In this document: in pieces, positions 13,281 through 25,950 of the stretch
Layout: every line of letters begins with the position of its first letter
Position numbering within the stretch: the stretch's first letter is position 1
Notes under the pieces: generated by a model
Databases searched by the model: none
Seen by the model: only the letters and a program-made list of their open reading frames with translations
Told to the model about the DNA's origin: nothing
Program-made: the position numbers and the translations under genes
DNA from: Tubulanus polymorphus
Lineage: Eukaryota > Animalia > Nemertea
Reading direction: 5' to 3'
DNA length: 64,000 nt
Assembly: GCF_964204645.1 (NCBI RefSeq)
Contig: NC_134030.1
Span: forward strand, 8,955,222-9,019,221

Positions 13281-16200
13281 TGCCAAACTCCCAACTGTTC
13301 ACGAAATGAAGTCATTTCATCAACATTCACGGCTTCTCCGGTTCCATACACTCGATAGTCTGTATGATTTATGCCGATGTTTAATCAGCGATGATAGACA
13401 ATTATGAGTCCCGAGTGCGAGATACACAGGACTAGAATGCAAACGAGGCATCACGCTCACATATAGCCGTTGTTGCTCAAATCGACATACCGTGAAGAAG
13501 ACTTTCATTAATTTCTGCATATAGAAAAGCCTTGTAAACGGGCCAACTAGACAGGGTTTCATATAATAGATGCTTTGACACTAAAGATATTCATATATGG
13601 GTACCGAAATATTGAAAAAGTCCCTCGTTAAAGGCCCCCTAGGTAAAAATTCCCACTCCGCGATCTATAAAGAACATTTCAAAGAAAAATATTTATCAAA
13701 TTCTATTAATTAATTACCATTTTTAGTGGGCTTCTGGCAGTAAAGAATATATGAACTTTTGATTCGTTAGATCTTTAAAATTCAAACTGTAATATATCCT
13801 AATAACGCCCTAGTTCATTTCTTAAACTGAACGATATAGATATCGAATAAGTGAATTCCCATTTTTACCAGAGATCACATCTTTTAGATCGTATAGTCAA
13901 GTCAGTTTACCGTCGTGGTAGAACAACCAAAGATCTAAAGGGAAACCGGGAAAGTAACTTTCAGGGCTCTAGTTACTGCACGCCTGATACCGTTGATCAT
14001 GCAATATCGTATAGTTAAAACGACTTCTTTCAAGTCGCTTTCTAGCCGTGCATGATTTATTGTCATTTTCAGCCGAACTTCAAACTACTATTATTTTCTT
14101 CATAAAAACAACCATCGGGAGAAACAAAGAACAAGCGAAAGCGCAGCGAGAAAACGTCGACGAGTAAACAGTTGTTCTGAAGATGAATCATAAATCGCTC
14201 CAAGATAGCCTTAAGATATTTTTTCATTACTCACAATGCATTTCATACTCTTTATATACAACGCATTAACCTTATTGTCAATTACAGCCATGACATATCA
14301 GTCGTAAGTGAAGTGCTGGTACGTTTCTTCTCTATATTTGTAACACCACTAAGATGTAAATGTTAAAACTTTTGAGATAAAAACCTTTGACTTCTAAATA
14401 AAATTTCTATATAGCATAGTTTATAGCCTAAGAACAGTAAATTTGATAGGGTAGCAGTGTTCGCCACAACAGGTATCATATTTAAATCAACCCTTCTGAA
14501 GATCAGCCACCCGTCATAAATATCTACCAGAGTGGATATAAATATTCTACCAATTCAGCTAAACGCCTTGAAATGTATTGAGCTAATGCAAAGAATAGAA
14601 GATTACACCAAAATTAAGCTTGATTCTCTGTATTTTTGGCGACATCGAAAAACTAAATACTGCAGCAGCCACTTAACAATGAATGAAGCCCCCTTAAAAT
14701 TCCAGCACGGAGAATACGGGGTAGTTCCATCATCTTTCGTAAATCATTTGCATTAATCAAAATCGAAGGTGTTTTTAAGCCGAAGACGGAGAAAATGGTT
14801 CTCTGATCATCGCAATTTTTTCCCCGCTTTTTTCCGCGATCAAAGGGAACAGCAAATATAGCGCTATTCTGACAAAAAACTTTCATAATTAACGTTCCCC
14901 GAAAATTACTTCATCAAGAAAGACGAGAGACATACGCTCGTAAGAAAGTTCAACTTGTTGAGAATCGTGCGAGCAATCATCATCGTCATCGTCATCATCA
15001 TCTTCGAACATTTCTTCCGTTATTAATGAAGAACGACGAAGACGACGCAGCAAGTGGTGACCATGGCAACGAAATTGTGGCAGAGGCGGCGGCGAAGAGT
15101 CGTCCCGCGTTGCGCGCGGCGAGTTCGTCGGTAGATGATTTATTAATGACGCACGAGAGATGATGTCGGCCGGGCCGACGACGACCGAGTTTGACGAGAG
15201 GAGTCTTTTTGCTCGTTGCGTCCGTCTGTCCCGTTTCGCAACAGACGACGACGACGACGAAGCGAGGCTCTTACGATGAATAGAAGAGTAATTGCGTCGC
15301 GATTCTGTAGCCGCCGCCGCGCGCTAACAAAAATAGACATCGCGGTACGTGATATCTACTCTCTCGACAAAAAAGACATCGTTTAAACGGCGGCGATTGC
15401 TTCAGACAAAAACCAATCCATTAGGCCTGCCGCGCTTTGAGAGTCTGCATACGAGTTAAAACATATAAAGCAAAATTGAACTACGAGTGTTTAGATCAAT
15501 TCAAAATGCGCTGAAAACAGGCTGAAGAGAAATCAAACGCGAAAGAAAAAATCTCTGGTGATTTCATCGAATACTCAATCTTGCAGCAGCTACATTCAAA
15601 GACTTTTCCTGAGATTTCCGTATTGGCACACTTGCCACGAGTCACTTCCATGAGCACAATTTTGTGTTAGCGGACATACAATTCTGCACAAACTTTGTAC
15701 AGTAGGGCCTACAGTTTTTGGCAGTGTGGAAGGGCCTGAATGTGGAAAGTATAGCCGAATAACTTGACAGATAAATAATTTATACGTGCAATGGGTTGAG
15801 ACTATCACCGCACTGAATTAATGATAAACACTGAAGATACATATCGGCGGAGGTGGTATACAGGTATTCATGCATCAAACATCGATTGTTCTGATCACAC
15901 ACTAATCCAGAAATCAATATATCAGTACTGGCGTGTACATCGTAGGCCTATACGAAAAGGCAAAATATAAAAACTAGGCCTATACGACCAGAGAAAAATG
16001 AATTAACGCTCCAAACTTATATTTCATAGTTTTTTTCAAGGGCAGATCTATTGCTTACTGTTAATCTAAGATAAGTTTAATTTCCTTAGCCTCCTAAGTG
16101 TATTAAATCTGGTGCTTGTCTCGGTTCAACCCTTATTCCAAAATGGGTAATCTAAACCAACGTCCAAGGGCCTACGAAATTTTTTCTTAGGATCTAACAT

Positions 16201-16633
16201 ATGGTAGGGCTAATAACCAATATATCATATATTCTAATGCTTAAAATATAAATTTGTAACGCTTCTTTTCCTCACATATACAATATGTAAAAAATGGGGG
16301 TATATATACAAGCTCTGTAAATAGGTATAAGCTCTGTATATAAGATAAATCTTTTTTACAATAATACACTTACAGAGCAGATACAAAGCTCTTCTCTGCT
16401 CTGTAAAAATGAATTGGCGGAACAATAAGTCCCAATCTTAGTTTCACAGGAAAAATATCAGTTAGGAACAGAAACAAAAAAGGTTTTAGTGAAAGCAGCA
16501 CCAACAAACGGCGTTCAGTAAGAATACGAATAATGAGTACCAGACAGGGATCGCCCAGCCCCAGTCTACCTTTTTTGTGATCTTGCAAGTTTAGATTTAC
16601 AATTATCGTAAATTTGAATAGACTATCACTTAC

Positions 16634-16687
16634 CGGTAAAGCTATGGCTATAATCACTGCTATAACGGACGCAAGTTTTGGCCCCAT
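16634..16687 (-). CDS. APP: APP-family (amyloid precursor protein-like) gene, coding exon 1: signal peptide MGPKLASVIAVIIAIALP
   Basis: CAAAATGG start context, 18 codons with a hydrophobic core, and a canonical CCG|GTAAGT phase-0 donor. It joins in frame to the exon at 3961, giving ...ALP-AMA|ND (plausible A-x-A signal cleavage). A short phase-0 signal-peptide exon 1 followed by a long intron matches vertebrate APP gene structure. Confidence 0.8.
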
Positions 16688-17303
16688 TTTGATGTTTGGG
16701 CTCAAAATTTCGAGTAATCACTCAAAATCTTACTTCAAGTGAACCAGGAAATGTCGATTCTGAGTGATGTCATTTAGTCGCTTTCGAGCCGGCTGAAACG
16801 AGCCGTCTGATTGGCCGAAGCAGATCTAAGTAGTTTGAGAAAAAGTGCTGTAGTAAACAATAAAAAGGAGAAATTACTGACAACGGAGATTTTTCGAATA
16901 CAGAATATAACTATTATTCGGTTTTTAGCGATGCAATATGGATTTGCGTGGAAGAACGGTGTAAACTTTGACAAGATTTAAGTCGAAGCGCTTAAAGTTT
17001 TTAGCCAATCACCAACTCGATTTCACATTCGACGAGCTGTCAATTCTACGCGCACTACCAATTACGCAGCCGGAACCGAGACATTGGACTATAATTTTCG
17101 TGAATTCAATATTATCGCCATGGAAAATTAGTTATATATTATAGATTGATTTTACAACACATGAATAGAAATCAAGTTTTATATAGCTTAAGATTATTTC
17201 AATAAATTCTAGTGATAAATTTGTCATTTAATTTTCACAAAAAAAGCTTGCGGTTGTGCAGCGTATACTTGGGGGCAGCACCATCTAGACATTAGACTTT
17301 TTA

Positions 17304-17626
17304 GTACTCCCAGTCTCGCAGGACGCGGCCAGTCTCCTTTACAAAACTCCAGTGAATTTTCCTTCCGGGGACTCAATGACCTGAGTATCTCCGATCTCAT
17401 TCTGAAAGATCCACAAAGTATGGGATAAAGAATTAATAGAATTTCGAACTTGGCCGCTTCACAGGGACAGAGACTTGACAGAAGGATTTCGACCCCAGTA
17501 TCCTGAGGTACTATATTAAAGTCTTTTCTATATAGTACCTAGGATACTGGGGTCAAAATTATTTTGTGTCAAGTCCGGGTTCCGCTTGATAGGGCGTTTC
17601 AGATCGTCTTGTGGGACTCTCAGTAC
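17304..17626. mobile_element. Foldback/MITE-like element inside the divergent promoter interval
   Basis: Imperfect terminal inverted repeats (GTACT..AGTCTCGCAGGACG / CGTCTTGTGGGACT..AGTAC) and an internal hairpin GACCCCAGTATCCT.AGGTACTATAT / ATATAGTACCTAGGATACTGGGGTC. Confidence 0.55.
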
Positions 17627-18039
17627 CAAAGAGTTTATAATTGTACTTTTTTGTCTCGTGTGCAAGTCAGTGTTAAAATAGCCTTACTCAGCTGGGCCTT
17701 ATTGCTGAATACAGATTGAACATTTTCGACGCTCGAACAGTGAATTTGTATTTGTTCTGTTGCCCTTGTATAGAAATCAGGATAGCTCCGAGAATATTCA
17801 CATCAGCTACGGGGCAAGGAATGAATCCAGCTACCGTCATCTAGCGCCGTCTAACAATCCGAATGAAATGTAGTCCTGTATCAAAACGCCGTGTAAACAA
17901 AACAAAAATACAAACGAAAAGACAGTGACATCGCAGCTTTCACAATATACCAACATTAAAGACACTTAATTGGTCTAGTAATCACCATTACAGAAGTAGC
18001 GATACAATTCTAGCTGATTTCTGTGCATATTTTCATCAG

Positions 18040-18149
18040 CACTATTTTCGCTCGTCTGTATTCTGAAGAAGGTGTTGTTAGGAAATAGCATGTTTCATTA
18101 GTTTTTAGCTCGATTAATCGTTAATTTCTAGGATTTAGAATAAGATTCA
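18040..18149 (+). other. Candidate non-coding first exon of the RhoGEF gene (5' boundary approximate)
   Basis: A strong donor TCA|GTAAGT at 18149/18150 lies upstream of the TTTCGTTTTCAG acceptor ending at 18989. The transcription start cannot be determined. Confidence 0.4.
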
Positions 18150-19046
18150 GTAAGTTCAATCCCTTAGAACTGTACACGTTAATAAAGTCCTCGTATCAAT
18201 ACGGATTGCTTTGAGCTGTACTGGCAATAAAACGGTTAAATTCGACGTCTCTACTTGACTTGTCAACATCATTGTCCCCGTCAAAATTTCTAAGAAATTC
18301 ATTTCCGGGCGTTTTTGTGTCTTGAATATTTTAAACGATTTCGTCCCTAATTGTCACATTCGGCATGATATTCTGTCCGAAAATTCCAAGGAAACATAGA
18401 CCAAAGTTAATTTGAGGAAGTGGATATTTTGCCAATGCGGCATTATTTTAGTAAAAGCTTTTTTGCCAGGGCAATATGTAATAAGGTATACTAATAAAAT
18501 ATGGCAATGAAATTGTAATATTGGGTTCAGGGTAAGGGTTTTTATGAAGTCTAGAGGGTTAGGGTGAGGTTTAAGGTCTGTTTTTACCAAAGTAAATAAA
18601 TTTTAACAATTCATTTTCATGCCTACCATTTACAATTATTTTGTTTTATGAGAAATTCGCATTCAACCTATAGGCCTTATGAGGTAGACGATTAAATGAT
18701 ACCCGGTAGCCTAGGCCTACCTGGTTAAGTTCAAAATGTGGGTCAATCCTCTCTGCTGCTGCCAGGATTCAATCCCGATTCCCATATACCATGGTTATAG
18801 GCTAAGAGATAACTACTAATCTGAATATTACATAATTTTAATTCTTACCCCTAGTATAGTTTAAACTAATTTAGACATTGGACAGGCACTCTACTTTAGA
18901 GTTTATGCTGCTCGTATGGTGTCCTAGAGAATTCGCTTGTTTTCTCTGATGATATTTGTTACATGGCTATGTATATCTTTCGTTTTCAGATTGAAAGCCG
19001 TCCAGCTGAGTGTTTGAATTTTTGCTCGACATGTGACCGGTTGAAA

Positions 19047-19108
19047 ATGTCTCATCACAAACGTGAAGACTCGAAACGGTTTTCAGGATTCTTTCCGCGC
19101 ACTGAAAA
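19047..19108 (+). CDS. ARHGEF12: RGS-RhoGEF (ARHGEF11/12, RhoGEF2-like) first coding exon variant A: MSHHKREDSKRFSGFFPRTE(K)
   Basis: Acceptor ends at 18989 (exon starts 18990), GAAAATGT start context, AA|GTAAGA phase-2 donor. In frame with the phase-2 acceptor exon at 52320. Confidence 0.65.
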
Positions 19109-19194
19109 GTAAGAAAAAACATGTTTTTTTGCATGCTTTAATTAATAGACTTCGGTACGGTCAAAGTATTGATCTAACATGGCACCATGAGAAT

Positions 19195-19440
19195 TCAAAA
19201 TATGAGCCCACAACTGAGCCAATATGAGCTCACAACTATGGCATGAATATGAGTCCAGATCTTGGCTTACACGAGCCCACAACATAGCTGACTTGGTCAA
19301 TATGAGCCAGTCTACAACTCATCCAATATGAGCCTAGTCTATAACTTGGCGAATTTGAGCCTACAATTACATCGATGTGAGCCCAAAACATAGCTGATTT
19401 GGCCAATATGATGAGCCGACAACTCTGCCAATATGCCATC
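19195..19440. repeat. Degenerate tandem array of AATATGAGCC / ACAAC motifs
   Basis: Repeated (CC)AATATGAGCC, CACAAC and ACATAGCTGA motifs. Confidence 0.7.
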
Positions 19441-22400
19441 GTTGCTTGTTCATTCGATCAGAAACTCATACTGGCTGAGTTGATGTGAGCCATTAGAAAT
19501 ACTAATCATAAATTTGATTTTTGATGTAGAAATATCAAGTGGCAGCTCGGGCTGGCACTGCAGAAGTCGGCTCACAATTCCGCCGATCCGAAAAGATTCC
19601 AATAGCAAATGAAGTTGCGCGAGAAATGCCACAGTAATTCAGTCGCCTGATGATGGCTAATAGTCGTTAGCCGAGACGTTAATCACTATTTTATTCAAAA
19701 ATTTTACATCTTTGGTTGAATTATTGCGGGATTTCTCTTGTATATTCATTTTACACGGATATTGCGTATCTTCTTGACTTATCAGTAACAGTAGTTTCTT
19801 TTTCATAACAATAATTCTTCGAAACATCTTAGTAGCTTTTCAGTGAGTGTCATAAGGCAAGCGCTGTGTGAAGTCCTAGTTGTACTTTATCGCGACTAGG
19901 TCTCGCCGACCTAGGTTTCAGCATTTTTACGCCGGAAAACGAAAATATTTTCGAAGCGTTCGAATTAAATGCGATCCATCATAATATTTAAGCTTGTCAA
20001 CGCAGCGATGATCCGTTGCCATAGCGATCAAAACTACGTCTACTAATCGGCGGACCGCGTGCGTAATTACGGCTGGCTTTTAATTCGAAGAATGCAGAAT
20101 CTAAAATCGAATTAATTCGCTCTCTGAAAATTAGTAAGCTAATTCGATTGATGGTTTCAATGACTATGATCGGAGTACAAGCTGACCAAACACTGCCAAT
20201 TGCGTTCGTAGCGTTTTATTTTCTTCCACATACATATCATTTTGTGTATATGATATGTGGCGGTTTAATAGGCTATCTATTGATCGCTTTTAGAAATGAA
20301 CAGCTTTTTAATTGGAAGTATCGGCGACGATGTAACGGTTAAGCCTACCAGGTGCTGCCATCTGTCGCGCATGTTTTTTTCCCAGAGCTCTGCGAATATA
20401 TTATAACCAGGCCTCCTGTTTGTTGTGACCGTTTATCGAAGTGATCGCAGTTATAGCGCAGCTATTTGATGGTGCACTTCAATTTTCTGATTAGATATTT
20501 GTTGTAGATGTTAGTGGGCGTTTTCGTTGTCTGTATATTTGAATGTACTGTCTCGGCTTCCCTACGACTTCTTCTAGTCCTTAAAAACTCTTTCTAAACA
20601 GACGATGCTTTTAAAGGTGCTCGAAACTCCTTCAATATGAGCAAATTGCCCGAAACTCCTTTTTAAAACTCATCAATTTTGAGAAATAGGCGATTGAAAT
20701 TTTTCGTCTAGTTTGTAGTTGTACAGTAGACTATGCCCAAATCGGTACAGTTGGGACCATGGTTTGCTTTACCCTATTAGGCAGTTACTGAATTAGAAAC
20801 CAAGTTCAGGTAGTAAGGATAAAAATGTGCTTACAAAACCTCTGAATTAATGGTTTACTGAGATCAACAGTACCGATTTAGGAGGAGTCTATAATAAGTG
20901 GGATATGATGATAAAGTGATGCAGACACTGTTTGTTAAACCATAACATCGCATTGAAATAGTTATTTCTTTATTTTGTCTTCGATTCAGAAAACTCAAAT
21001 TTTCACATGTCTTTTCATACGTTATTAGCAGCTCTTCTCTTTAAACTAATCAATCAAGGCTTAAATTCTTATTTTTGTCTCATGGATATTTCATATTTGC
21101 CGACCGAAGACGTGACGTCGGGCCGCGAAATATTCGTTTCCTAACGGGGACGATGTCGGCGTGTTTAATTCCGCCGGGTGTCATATTTCATTTCTCGTTG
21201 ATAGAAATAGTCGCCATTAGGTTATACCATTTACAGTCCTGTAGAACAAGGAAAAAAAAAATATTGAATGATGGTTATTGCTAGTTGTTCGGGCTTATAT
21301 ACCGCGAGCTGAAAGATATCGATATTGATTTCTGTTCGAAAATTAAACCCTCTCAACCTTAGGACTTTCAACTGTATCGTAATCAGAGTGGTCACTGAGC
21401 TGGAAAACCCAGGCTATCGGACAAGTCTAGAAAAAATCGGGGAAAAGACCTGCGAATTTGACAGATTTCGCGAAAATTCATGGAGGAATTTGGATACGTC
21501 AATAAGTACCGATGTTTCTTAATCAATTCATGAAAAATGAGTATATAGTAATATTTCAAAACCAAGAGGCCACCCTGATAGTCTTAACATTTAACCCACT
21601 GAATTAAAAGAAAAATTTAAATCATAGGGTTTTTCATTGTTGATCAATTGTTTATATTATAGGCTCGGCTTAGTATATTATAGTAACTCTTGGACTCTAT
21701 TGCTTACTTATACGATTCTTACTTTTTGATGCATGGTATTAAAGCAATAAACAGTGAAAGCAGTTGTTATTGCAAGTGTAAAGTATATGAAGATAATTTC
21801 TACCTATATACGCCAACCTGCGAACCTACCATTGTTTACGGGTGCTAGTTACTGTTAGTGCTCTGTTACTGCTGTGACAAAAACTCAAAACAGGGCATTT
21901 GTCTTTGATTTTGTTTGTTTTTAGCCAGGTTTCATTTCAAGTCTTGTAGTAATAATAATTTGTAATTCATTTCTTATATAGCGTATAACTAATACTTATT
22001 TATGCATTTGAACATAGAAATACACAATTGATACATATAAGTAAGCATGTAATAAAACAATAGGAGTAAAAAGATCAAGTTAAAAGAAAAGTTAGTTTGA
22101 AAATGTTCTTTTTTAAAAAGGTTAAAGTTTTCTGATTAGATTTAAAAGATTGGAAGAGACAGGTCTTAACAGAATCTATTTATCAATGAAGAATATTACG
22201 GTGTTTGATATAGATTGAAGCAACGCTCATTTATAGGCCTATATAAATTGTAATGATATGAGAGATTTCAACTCAGCGAAGTTTGCTGAAAAAAGATACT
22301 TGACCAAATGACCAGTGATTCTATCGGGACTATTCTTGTACGATATCGGAAATTCTATCGGGAAATTAGGTCAGCAGAATGGAGTTGAGGACAGAGTGAA

Positions 22401-24292
22401 TGAACTTTTTTCCATTGTATCGCATGAAATTCATTTTTGCCGGTCTATTATTCGGCATCTATAAACCGGCTATGGGGCAGCAGGGGCGACTCCGTGCACG
22501 CGTATTGTGTTTTGTACAGACATTCAATAATCAAACAGGCTCCACAGTAATGAGAATGTCACCAACCCCGTGCGGGACGTGATTTAGTGACCAGAGGTTC
22601 TTATACCTGAAACGATGCCAGAACAAGTCTCGTGCACTGACGATTTATTTTTTCGAATTTGACTTGAATTGTGGTATGGATTGTTGGTAAAATCGCAATC
22701 GACAGTGGTATTGCTGATACTATTACGCACATGGAATTCTATCTTTTTCATCTTTTGTTTGTATCTGTGGTACTTGTTCGCGATGGAGAATGTCACCACT
22801 TCTACTAGGCTCCGAATTCAATCATGCCTACATTGTCTCTTCGGTGATCCTTGATTCTAGGTCAGAGATTGATATATGGCTTTTAAACGTATAAGTAACC
22901 GGTTTCCCCGGCGTAGAATTTCATCGGATATTTCGAATTGTCGAAATTTCCCGATCATGTGACGACGATTAATCAGATTTGTCGTCGTCGATAATATACC
23001 GTTGTTTATCAGTTACGTACGTCCTACATGTCAGACTCGCGAGGCTCGAAGTTCACCGGTTTATTTCGCCATCGATAGTTTTAGTTGACACTGTATATAT
23101 ATATATATATATATATACAATGTATATATATCTAAGTGCATATAAAGTCAGGCTGTTTTAACGGCATTGGTTTTCGTTTCAAAAATGGAAACTTTGAAGG
23201 AATTTTTGCGAAAAACGATAGGAAGAGTAGGGATGAACGCTGTTCGGTATTGCGGATTATGAACGTAAATGATCACCGGCCAGTTGTCAATAGAGCAATG
23301 ATTGAGCATTGTTAAGTGGTTGAATGCTGGCATATACGCGGGGCAAGAGGAGATCAAATTCAAATCTTCCGATATATTCCGATTAAGTTATTACCGGCGC
23401 GATCGGCGTCGCTGCCAGATTCAAGCATTAATATCTCGCATCGTCGCGGTGTCTCCGTGAAGTGCGAACCGTACTCGGATTTATAGGCACTGCTCAACGT
23501 TATCATATACCTTTGTATCTCCAAAAGTGCTAGCTGTACTTGGGCTAACGGCAGAACTTCTGCGTTCATACCATTTAGGTATCCCTGAAAAGTGTTCGCT
23601 GTGCTTTCAGCTGTAGTTCTCCATTTACGGTATAGCTTTGTGAAGTGCTAGTCGAATTTTCAATAGTTTCAGCAACTTCTATTGTTGACATAGAAGTTCT
23701 AGAACTTCTTTATTTGGATCACAGTTACCTTCACTTTCTTTATCGGCACGGTGACAGTTTTCTCTTTCATCATTCGGTTGAATGGGATTAAGCAAGGCAC
23801 ACGCTTGAACTGCTCTTTTCATATTCCGGTCTGACTACGTGCGTGTCATATACGTCGTCGAATGTACTTTGATGTTCCGATATAGGCTTATATTTTGGTA
23901 AACAGGCCTCTCAGTAGACACAGTACAAGAAGTCGTACATTTAATGCGAACACTTTTTCACCTTGTTATAGTGCGCCGTGGTGCCTCGTTCGTTTGTTGT
24001 GATAGCGTCAAAGGTGAAATTCTTACGTTTTTTTTTTCATCGTTGCCTATTGTTTCGGCGATATCTGACAGCGGAAAGCCCCTCAGTACTGTTCGGATTA
24101 GTGTCTAATACGGTCAGCCTTCTCGACATTTAAGAAGATCCCTTGTTTCGCGTTGTTAAAGACTAATCAATGAATCGGAAATGAGTGGGCGTAATATTTA
24201 AGTGGAATAACGATGATTATCTTACGTATACCTATTACTAGGATTTGATTACTCCGGGATTTACGATTCGAGCGCTCGACCCCCCCTCGAGA

Positions 24293-24357
24293 ATGTCCGG
24301 AATTCGCCGAGCTTTTTCGATGAGGATCCTCGGATCGGATCATCAACAGAAGTACAG
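24293..24357 (+). CDS. ARHGEF12: RhoGEF alternative first coding exon variant B: MSGIRRAFSMRILGSDHQQKY(R)
   Basis: AGAATGT start, 21 codons + 2 nt, strong CAG|GTAAGG phase-2 donor, located in a CpG-rich patch. In frame with exon 52320. Confidence 0.55.
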
Positions 24358-25454
24358 GTAAGGATAAGCCATCTCGTCGGTAAGGAGTATTGGTATTATC
24401 ATCTTTAATTCCACAAATCCCTCCACGCACTTATACCGAGTTCGTAGTCTGACAGGGTTTAGTATGAATTCGATTTTTTCGAAAATCCAGTGATAAACCA
24501 ACCTATATAGTATCTCAACAACATGATCCTGTTTTTTTCCCCTCCAGGGAAAATCAGGGAATTCTGACTCTTTTCCTTAAAATCGAGGAAAAAACGGAGA
24601 ATTTGAAAAAAATAGCTCGGTCATTTTCTGAAAATCTGTTTTGATAGAAAATGCAAATCTACAGATCAGATGTAATGATTATAACGTCCTATTTTAGAGG
24701 ATTTCGAAAACTTTGATTAGAATTGAAATTCTCAAATGCCTGTAGCCTAATATTGTTTTCCCTATGATTTATTATCATCAATCATTTTCAATTTACTCGG
24801 TGCGCCGTTAAGAAAAATAATCAAAACATACCCGGGAATGGCTTCGTATTATTTCGCGATTCATGATTTCAGTACGCTTGATTATGATTCTTGATTATTG
24901 ATATAATCTGGTGATTCCATCCAATCAATGATATTCGAAAAAAGGGTCGAAGCTTTCAACGTATTTTTTTAATATTTGATAGAATCACCAAATTATCAAA
25001 ATATCTACAAAATTTTGGACACAATGATAATTCTATATTCATAACTATCTCTGATACATTGCTACCGATTAGGATGTTGACATCGGTGCATAACATTAAT
25101 TCAGCATTGTCACTATCTAAGTTAATTCCGTACTAGGCTCGCGTTAACTGTGTCCAATTTAAAAAATGTTCTATTACGGTTTTCGTAACGGTTAAAAATC
25201 AGTATCCGAAAGTATATCGGCACTGTTACTAAAATTGTGCGATAGTAATAATTTCCCCGATTGCCCTTATAGAGTTTGACCGGAGGTTTGCCAGAAGAGG
25301 TTTCATCGTTTTATGAAAATGAAGCGAACACATGACTTTTTCTGAGACAAATCTAATTCGCAAAAGTGGAGCCGGATTTATGTGGGCGATGGAAACAGCT
25401 TTTTGTGTTATTTCTGACTACACCATTAACGATATTGTCATGAAGGGCGGTGGC

Positions 25455-25950
25455 AGGTGGATGCGGTGTCTGACATGTGGCCATCAGGTTATGTCGACAT
25501 CTCGTGTCGCACCAAGTGATAAATCTCCAATTCAGGGTCTATGAGCATAGTACGATACCTCGTCGTTGTTGGGTCATTTTTTAGAATAACATTTTAAAAA
25601 ATATTTGCGATATATTCAGGTATCAAATGGATGATGAAATTTTCTTAAACATGGTCCCTATCACTCCTTGATTCCTGAAAACACTCCTTCGAAACAGTGA
25701 ATGCTTTTAAAGGTGCTTGAAAACCCTTGATTTGGGCGAAATGCCCAAAACCCCTTAAAAATTCCGGCAATTCGAATTTTTTTCGTCTAGTTTGCAGTAG
25801 TAGAGTAAACCTTGCACACCTAATGGATGTGGTGTCTGACGTATGGCCATCAGGTTATGTCAATGTCTTGTGTCGCGTAAGTGATAGATCACTAATTCAG
25901 GGTCTATGATCACGATACGTAACATTATCGTTGTTGGGTAATTTTGGTTG
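25455..25950. repeat. Local duplication (~25458-25590 vs ~25824-25950) separated by a family B fragment
   Basis: GGTGTCTGAC..TGGCCATCAGGTTATGTC..AAGTGATA.ATC..AATTCAGGGTCTATGA occurs twice. Confidence 0.8.

Larger units (their letters stand above)
16690..18149. promoter_or_regulatory. Probable divergent promoter interval between the APP-like gene (-) and the RhoGEF gene (+)
   Basis: Lies between the first coding exons of two oppositely oriented genes. CCAAT boxes occur in both orientations (CTGATTGGC ~16807, AGCCAATCA ~17003, ACCAAT ~17057). Confidence 0.55.
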
